Shown piece by piece: positions 56,158 through 64,000 of a DNA stretch of 64,000 nucleotides. Each line of letters opens with the position of its first letter. Position 1 is the stretch's first letter. The notes under the pieces were generated by a model. It made no database searches, was not told where the DNA came from, and saw nothing but the letters and a program-made list of their open reading frames with translations. The position numbers and the translations under genes were made by a program. Source of the stretch: the human T2T-CHM13v2.0 reference genome, Homo sapiens; the NCBI RefSeq assembly GCF_009914755.1, contig NC_060929.1, one strand, 5' to 3'.

Positions 56158-56571
56158 TGTAGTACATAGTGCCATCATTTTCATTTATTCTCTACCCTCT
56201 CTGTTGCCATGTGACATAAAGCACCATCTTATAGGGGGAGCTTATGTCCCAACCCCTTTGATATTAGGCTTGGCCATGTGACTTGCTTTGGCTAATGGGC
56301 AGTGAGTAAACATGAAATATACCACATTCAATCAGAAGTTTTGAGAATCTCGAGTGCCTTAGTCTGGTATTTTTCTGTTGCAAAAGAATGGCATGTCCTT
56401 TTCAGATCTGCTCCTGCAGCCTAGATTCTGGAATGAAAAAAATATATATATGTCATAGAGCCACAGTCAACCCGTTAAAATTGACATAAAACCTAAGAGA
56501 GAAATGGGCTTTTTGTGGTAACCCACTGAGGCCTGGAGGTTATTTGTCATGAAGCAAAGCTGATTAATAAA
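56158..56571 (+). mobile_element. MaLR solo LTR, MLT1I/J-like
   Basis: 'ggcttggccatgtgacttgctttggctaatgg' and end 'gcaaagctgattaataaa'. Perfect 5-bp TSD gttac at 56153-56157 and 56572-56576. Confidence 0.85.
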
Positions 56572-57040
56572 GTTACTGATTGATTTTGATGTTGTTAGGA
56601 AAATTTATCCAGAACTTATAATATTTATAATATATGGTACTAGCTAGAAAAAATATAGTTAGAATTATGTATTTCAAAAAAACAAGAATGAAATAAAATG
56701 TGACCAAACAATAATTAGGAAAGGAAAAGCTAAAGAAGCAAAATGATAAGAAACAGAAAACGGAATAAGAGAAAAATAAGGGAAGCTAGTAGAAATAAGA
56801 ATGCATTTTAGAAATAATATAAATGCATTAAAATTCCTTATTTAGGTTATTGAGAAATAAAAATTAAAATCTGGTAATGTAAGCACTGAATTTGTTGGTT
56901 TCAGATTGTAACTCTTAGCATTCCAAAATTAAGTTTTAATGAAGATTTAAACATATTTATGCAACATTTGAATGCTTTAAAAAGTGCTCAACAGTAGTCA
57001 TTTTCATTATCCCAATCAATTTGCTTAAGAAAAAAAAAAA

Positions 57041-57343
57041 AGCCAGGTGTGGTAGCTCATGCCTATAATCCCAGTACTTTGGGAGGCTGAGGCAGGAGGA
57101 TTTCTTGAGGCCAGGAGTTTGAGACCAGCATGGGCCAAAAGCAAGACCCCATCTGTACAAAAAGTAAATTTGCCAGGTGCGGTGGTACACACCTGTAGTC
57201 TTAGCTGCTTGGGAGGCTGAGATGGGAGGATCACTTGAGTCCCGGAGTTCAAGGCTGCAGTGAACTATGATCATGCTACTGCACTCCAGCCTGAGTGACA
57301 GAGTGAGAAGTCATGTCCAAAAAAAAAAAAAAAAAAAAAAAAA
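57041..57343 (+). mobile_element. Alu (AluJ)
   Basis: 'gaggatcacttgagtcccggagttcaaggctgcagtgaactatgatc', followed by a poly-A tail. Confidence 0.95.
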
Positions 57344-60300
57344 GACCAAAAAACATGTGTACAAATACACATACATAAATTTATATCCTGGAAAATCTCT
57401 GAAGATGGAACATTTTCTCTATGATTATCTTTCATACTATTTAATTGAATGTGGCTGATTAACCAGAATAATGCTTTCAGAGAAATTGAGAAGTAAAGAG
57501 GAAACAAGTGCTTTGTCTTGGTTAAGAATGAAATTATGTTCCTCAAACACCTCTTACTCTGGCAAAAACAAAACACAAGCAAAATTCACATATGCATAAG
57601 AAAAGGAATCTCACTCTTCTGGGAAAACAAAACAAAAAGAAATATACACAATTGTTTTTTTCTCAACAGTTTTCCGATGTCTCCTTATATTTACAGTCAC
57701 TACATAAGGTCCTGACATAATCATTAGTAGCGTCCCCGTTCACTCTCAAAACTGCCCTGGTTAGGTTGATAAATTCCTACAATTCATGTGCCAGCCATAC
57801 AATGATTTATTACCCCATATGCAATATGTGGCAATATAACCACAGAGATTTTAGCCAGAGAACTTTACTCTTATTCATAATAGTGTGCTATAGAATCCTG
57901 GAGGATACAGAGAGGAAAATGGTAGGTACACAAAATGAGTCATTCATTGACCTATAATCTAAATCTATTACTGTCATTACGTTTCTGTTTTAGTTTAGTC
58001 ATCTATAAAAGAGAGATAATACATAATTTTAGTAACTTCCTAATGTTCCACTAAAAGTTGGGTAATATAGAAAAGAGACCATTTTGAGTATTATGTAGTG
58101 CTTTAAGCATGTTAAGTACATTATAATTGTCTGATAAGCATTTTTTATGCAGCTGTAAGGTACCATTATGTTCCCTGACCATCCAAACATTATTTAGAGC
58201 ATTTGGAGTATTTAGCATTGTCTTTTTTCTCTTTGATAACCCTGTATATAGATTCATCAAGATAATAATGTCTTGAGGCAATAATGTAATCTACCATTTA
58301 CATAAGGTAATATTATCTTTAGAACTAATTTTTGAGCTTAATTTTTATAAAAGGAGAAATCACGTGACATTATTTCATTCCTATGATTTCCTTACAACAT
58401 CTTTCTTCAGATATAACCTGCAAAAAAGTCAGTCAGACCATTTTACTCTCTTTAAAGTCTGTCTGTTTCTCCCAACATAGATATAGCCTACAAAGAGCTC
58501 AAAGTTTAGTTGCCAACAAAAGACATCATGAGAAATTTCTCTGTTTTCCTAGAAATGAATTATTTATGCTATTCGATAAGTTCTTACAATGATGAAATAT
58601 ACTCCATCTTTATTAATGACTTTTAAATTAGAAATATGCAATAAAAGTCACAGTGAGGATCAGATTTTAATTTCAATTTCCCTACTATGCCTAATCTTCA
58701 AAGTCTTAAATTTTTACAGTCTAACTTTCCACCTACCCACATAGCATGGCTCTATAAACTTAATGAACAGCCTGTTTTAACATGAGTTTTAAATTGTTTA
58801 CATTTTAAACCCAGAATATTAGCATCTGAAGTGAGAGTTGATTTCACCGGACTCTGTCTTTGGTAAGGCCATTTCTTCTCTTATTTGAAGAGTATAGTTC
58901 TTTCAGTTTCGTCTCATCCTGAATACTTTCGGAAGAAAGTAAACAGGGCATAAATATGCAGAGATAAGTCATGTTTACCTTGTTCTTACCCTGCACAGAT
59001 CACTGGTTTTACTAGTTACAAAAAACTACTTGTATTATATGAATAGGGATACTACTTTTTCAACATAATTTTTGAGACTGCTATACAACAGGGCACTTTA
59101 AAGAATACCGTTGTGTGCAATGATAGCTATTGGCATTGATAAGACTCTCCAGAAAGTCTGAAATAACCATCTTAATTGTTGATGTATAAAGAGAAAGAGA
59201 AGAATCTTTCCATGTGGCATCAGCTCAAAGGAGCACAGAGCCAGATGGAAATATTTCTATCATAAGATAGGCATTTCACCATTTAGGAAGGCTGAAGAAA
59301 AGGCAACAAATCAGCCACCAACAGCAAGACAATTTTTCAAAAGTAGTTAGTCCTCAAGAATAACAATATTGAGCAAATTGTCTACAAAACTCGAGCTCTT
59401 CTCTGGTAACTCTATGGCTGAGAACAATATCTATGAACTGTCTCTGGTGCACTAGAGACTTCTTTAAAGTATGGCAACCTTAACAATAAAGGGTGTTATT
59501 GCATCATTATTGCTGCAGTGCAGCTAATGAGAGGAAGGTAAATGTTGCTCCTGAAAGTGTTAATTCTGCATCTCTCCTTGCACCTAATTAACACCAAGAA
59601 GGCCTTAGGCAAAAGGGAAAGTAGGACTCTTGGGATTAAGTAATCTCATCTCTGACTCCAAGTAAACCCAAAGATTACCTGTCAACCAGATAGAAGAAAG
59701 TAGCAGTTAGGATTTGCAATCTGATATTTAAGCCCTTCTGTGGGGAAATAGATGTAAAGGTAGAAGAAAAGGAATTTGCTTCAGTTAAGCTTCATATTTC
59801 TAGAGGGCTGCTAAATCAAATTCACAACCTCTAAGACATCTAACAAGTATTCGCTTTTGCATTTAGTAAAATTCACACTTGGACTAAGAAAAAATAACAT
59901 AAATTTTGAATTAAACAATATCTGCAAAAAAAAAAAGTGAAGACTTACAACCAGATAAATAGAATGTAGCCTCAGGGGATTTAAATAATAATGGCTTATA
60001 GATAGTTAGAATCTCAATTTATGGTAAATTTATTACTTGTTTATAAAGGCAAGAAATGACAGCTTATCTTCAGCTTTGAAAAGGGCTATCATGCAGAAAA
60101 GAGAGCCAACCTGTTTTACACGGCTCCAGAAGGCACCATTAAAATCCTTGAGTTGAGGTTTCAGCGAACTGATGATTTTGGCTCTATACTGAATATGAAT
60201 TTACTGTTTCCCACGAAGAAAAGAGCCTCCTGTCATGAAAAGTAGTCCAACTACCCATTGACCATCTGTAAGGGATGCTGTGTAAAGAATTCTTTCATTT

Positions 60301-60737
60301 GGTAAGATTCTGAATTAAATCGGTACTTTTAACTTTTTGGCAACAGAAATTTTGAAAAATTGATATCTTTCTCAGATGAAAAAGATGAAATGATTCCTTG
60401 GCAAGTAAGAATTTTCACTGTTTGGGAAGAATATATTTCCACTTCAGCACCTATTGGGGCCCTTATGCTTCACTCAGAGCAGAGTGAAAGCTTACTCTCT
60501 GATTGAAAATAATGGTCTCAAAGTACTAGAGAAGATTATTTAGTTGAAAACAAACAAAAAACCCAAAAACCTTAGACTTACTGAAAATTTCCTTCATAAA
60601 CTTATAGATTCATTCTTCAAAGCAAAAAAGCTGTCAACTTCAGGTTATTATGAAACTAAGTGAGCATTTTGAACTGATGATTATGTCACAAACTGGATTC
60701 CCGGATGTAGAGATTTTCTGAACAAAGGCTTGGTCTT

Positions 60738-61242
60738 CGTGGCAGTCAGCTCCAAGGCTGTCCCCAGTGATTTTCACCATCTGATATTTATGCCCTAGCT
60801 TGGTCTTCACCATTGAATCAAAGCTTATCAAGTAGAATACTATGGGTGAGTTCCTGTGTTTTTTTCTGAGGCTAGGTCATAAAAGGAGCCACAGCTTCCA
60901 ACTTGGCCTGTTGGATCATTTGCTCTGGGGAAAACCAGTGCCATGCCATGAGGCCACTTACGCAGCTGTGTGGAGAAGTGCACCAGCAAGGAGCTGAGGC
61001 CTCCCACAAACAGCCTTGTGTCTGCGTGTCCTTGGAAGCAGATCCTCTAGTGTGGCCTAACCTTCAAAAAGATTACACTCAGCCAAAATTTGACCAAAAC
61101 TTCATGAGACCCCCAGCCAAAATAGCCCAGCTAAGCTGCTCTGAAATTCCTGACCCACAGAAACTGTGAGATAATAAGTAATTATTATTTTAAGACACTA
61201 TGTTTTGTGATGATTTGTTATGCAGAAATAAAAACCCAAACA
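60738..61242 (+). mobile_element. MaLR solo LTR, MLT1F-like
   Basis: 'gtggcagtcagctccaaggctgtccccagtgatt...gaggctaggtcataaaagg...tcctgacccacagaaactgtgagataataa...ttgttatgcagaaataaaaac'. Confidence 0.82.
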
Positions 61243-61324
61243 CTAATATATGAGTTTCACTTGGAAATTTTCTTCTAGACACATTCACCACGTTCATGAT
61301 GATTGAGGAGAGATGGCCTCAAAG

Positions 61325-61460
61325 ATTTATAAGCTCCATGACAGCATGAGGTTACATTTGTTTTTTCACCCTTATATTCACAGTAGCTACCATAGTTCTT
61401 AGGAAAAGTTCATGTAGATTCAATAAAATTTTGTTGGATAGATGAACAAATAAACAAGAT
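61325..61460 (+). mobile_element. L2 3' end
   Basis: 'tataagctccatgacagcatgagg...tttgttttttcacc...ttcaataaaattttgttggatagatgaa'. Confidence 0.7.
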
Positions 61461-61945
61461 GTATATTTTGAAGAATTTAAAATGAATGAGGTCAAATTGA
61501 GTCATTTATTAGTTGTTTTATTATAAATATCAAATTTCCATTTGTAAAAAACAAATACTTTTTTGAGGAAAGAGGTAGAGAATTTTCCTAAATTATTAAT
61601 TGTTTCTATAAAATATAAATAACATTTGTATTATAGTCAAGGAAGGCCTTTTTAACAGGATGTGATTTAAACCCAAAGCTGTATATCAACATATGCTTTT
61701 CCCTCTGCCTGAAATGAACATTGCTTGTTTCTCCAGGCTAAATTCCCTTATCCTTCAAGACTTAGTGTGGTTGTAACATCCATCTGCAGACTTTCCTGAT
61801 TCCTTTTGACTGTATTTTGTATCATACTGCATTTGAAAGAATGGCATACTCAACTTTCTTTTTCAAAATAGCTTTATTATTTTTATAAAAATAATATATG
61901 CTTACTTAAGAAGAGTGAAATAATATGTTATATGACAATGACTAT

Positions 61946-62316
61946 TGTATTAGTCCGTTCTCCTGCTGCTATAAAGGACTGCCAGATACTGGGTAATTTA
62001 TAAAGGAAAGAGATTTAATTGACTAAAAGTTCAGCATGGCTGGGGAGGCCTCAGGAAACTTACAATCATGGTAGAATGGGAAGCAAACACATCCTTCTTC
62101 ACATGATGGCAGGAAGGAGAAGTATAAGCAGGGGAATGCCAGATGCTTATAAAACCATCAGGTCTCCTGAGAACTCACACAGTATCACGAGAACACCATG
62201 GGGTAAAGTGCTCCCATGATTCAATTATCTCCACCTGGTCCATCTCATGACAGATGAGGATTATGGGAACTCCAATTCAAGATGAGATTTGGGTGGGACA
62301 CAACCAAACCATATCA
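61946..62316 (-). mobile_element. THE1 (THE1C/D) solo LTR
   Basis: 'tgtattagtccgttctc...ggggaggcctcaggaaacttacaatcatgg...gagatttgggtgggacacaaccaaaccatatca'. Perfect 5-bp TSD actat at 61941-61945 and 62317-62321. Confidence 0.95.
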
Positions 62317-62799
62317 ACTATTAAATTATTTCTTTCTGTTACTAAAGTACTTAAATAAGTGATTGTCAAATTTGAGTCTCACTCCAACAGGTCTAAAAGC
62401 AGAAGAAGGTGCAGCTACAGGTTCTTGCAAACATTTATGCAAAAAAAAAACCACGTTCTAAATACATAATAATAGAAGACATTTTTAAGATGAGGACTCA
62501 CCTAAATACAAAGATTTGTTTCTTTATTTGTGCCTTGTAATCTTCCCTTCTACTGCTGGTATATTGATTTAATTCTAATAGGTGTATTATTTTAATCATA
62601 TTTTAGGGAAATCTTCATTTTTGCAATATGAATGACATTTCTGCCTCTGAACCTGTGTCTAGCCTTAGGTGAATTCACAAACTGGACATTCTGTAAGTAG
62701 GAATGACTATTTTCCTATACATGTAAGTTGTACACATTGATTACATGACTCATCTCTCTACTACCATGGAGTAAAGAATGAATATTCAGGATGCCATAA

Positions 62800-62920
62800 T
62801 TATTTAGGTCAACAAACATTTATTGGACATTTGCTAAATGTGAGGCATTGCGCTAGGTAGTCAGATTGGAAAGATGAATAAGATAAATTCCTTACTGCCA
62901 AAGAACTTAGAATTTAAGTA
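62800..62920 (-). mobile_element. L2 3' end
   Basis: 'tcaacaaacatttattggacatttgctaaatgtgaggcattgcgctagg...aagatgaataagata'. Confidence 0.72.
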
Positions 62921-64000
62921 ACTGAAGAGGAACATATCAACCAAGGCTGCTTGGCCTTTATTTTAAAGATTCTTTAGATTACCTGCACATTCTCTAAGAT
63001 ATAAGTCCAGGACAGGAATTCTGTCTGCTCAGGAAAATGCTCAGAATATTTTTCAGCTAGATTATATGGACTCATTGACAACAGCAGAAAAGTCTCGACT
63101 TGGGCATAGTAGACTATTTGAATGCTTTGCACTCGTTCCACATACTGATGTAAAAACTTACTTGAACTCTTTCAGGTATTTAAGTGACCATTTATTGAAA
63201 TAAACGTGAAAGTTTGATAGCAAAAACCAGTCAGACGAAGTCTGTCCTTGTATAATATAAATAGCCAAGACCATAATAAAGACCAGAAACACTTGTACAT
63301 CCTTAATGTGTTTCTAAGAAGGTCATTGTGAGCAACCCTGCACACTTTTCAATTCTGAATGGACTTTATCAATATTCCACACATTTGGCCTGAATCAGTG
63401 GCTCCTTCTTTTAACTGGGGCATTCCTAGACATGGTGTTATAAAGTAGAGAGTGGAAAGGTAAAGTCATCATAGCATGGTTATCTGTCTGGACAAGGTCA
63501 GAAGTCAGAAATAGGCAAAGAAAATGTCAGAACTGTGAGCAGTGTGAAATGTGTATTTCTCTTGGAAGCACTGGATGAAAGGCAGGGCAGATAGGGAAGC
63601 AGGTAAAATAAAGCACTGCTAATATTTCAATTTGGTGTAACATCTACATTTTAAAATAAACCAACTACCAGGACTCAGGACTATTACAAACTACAATTTA
63701 AAAAAATTCCAAGTGTGTTTCTAACTAAAACATATGTAATTAAAAAATATTTCCATTTGTTCTGTGGAACTGCCTATCGAACACATATATATAGGTAAGA
63801 GAAATGCTACAGGAGACTGACTGTTTCTTCTTTAGAAAACTGTGTTTAGCAGAGGAAAAGAAATCAATGCCTGTATTTTCCATTATGACAAAGCTCATAA
63901 TTGTCCTTAAATGGACTTTTTGTACTCAAGGCTTATGATTCCAATTTGTCATTAGTGATAACTTACATCAGTATCTAGAAAAGAGAAAGTTTCAGAGAAG

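Overview
This is primate (hominid, most likely human) nuclear DNA that is intergenic or deep-intronic. I recognise no host protein-coding gene, and there is no prokaryotic-type system or CRISPR array. Almost every ORF in the track is transposable-element-derived or random. The main features are: two full-length LINE-1s in tandem on the minus strand (an old L1PB1/L1PBa at 8785-14789 and a young L1PA2 at 15260-21307 whose ORF1/ORF2 are broken but whose antisense ORF0 is intact); a 3'-truncated 7SK snRNA retropseudogene (7181-7415, minus) with an Alu inserted into its target-site duplication (TSD); about a dozen Alu/FLAM copies; many MaLR/ERVL LTRs; a MaLR provirus remnant; DNA-transposon fossils (Tigger2a, MER5A, MER96B, Zaphod-like, and an old hAT transposase relic); and MIR/L2 fragments. 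The best leads outside this repeat annotation are an apparent ancient local duplication (about 6330-6590 vs 21370-21650), a homeodomain-motif-dense repeat-free block (about 29390-29960) and a candidate minus-strand exon (46712-46803). I found no convincing previously undescribed biological system. Subfamily names come from recalled consensus sequences, not from a database search, and the boundaries of old repeats are approximate.
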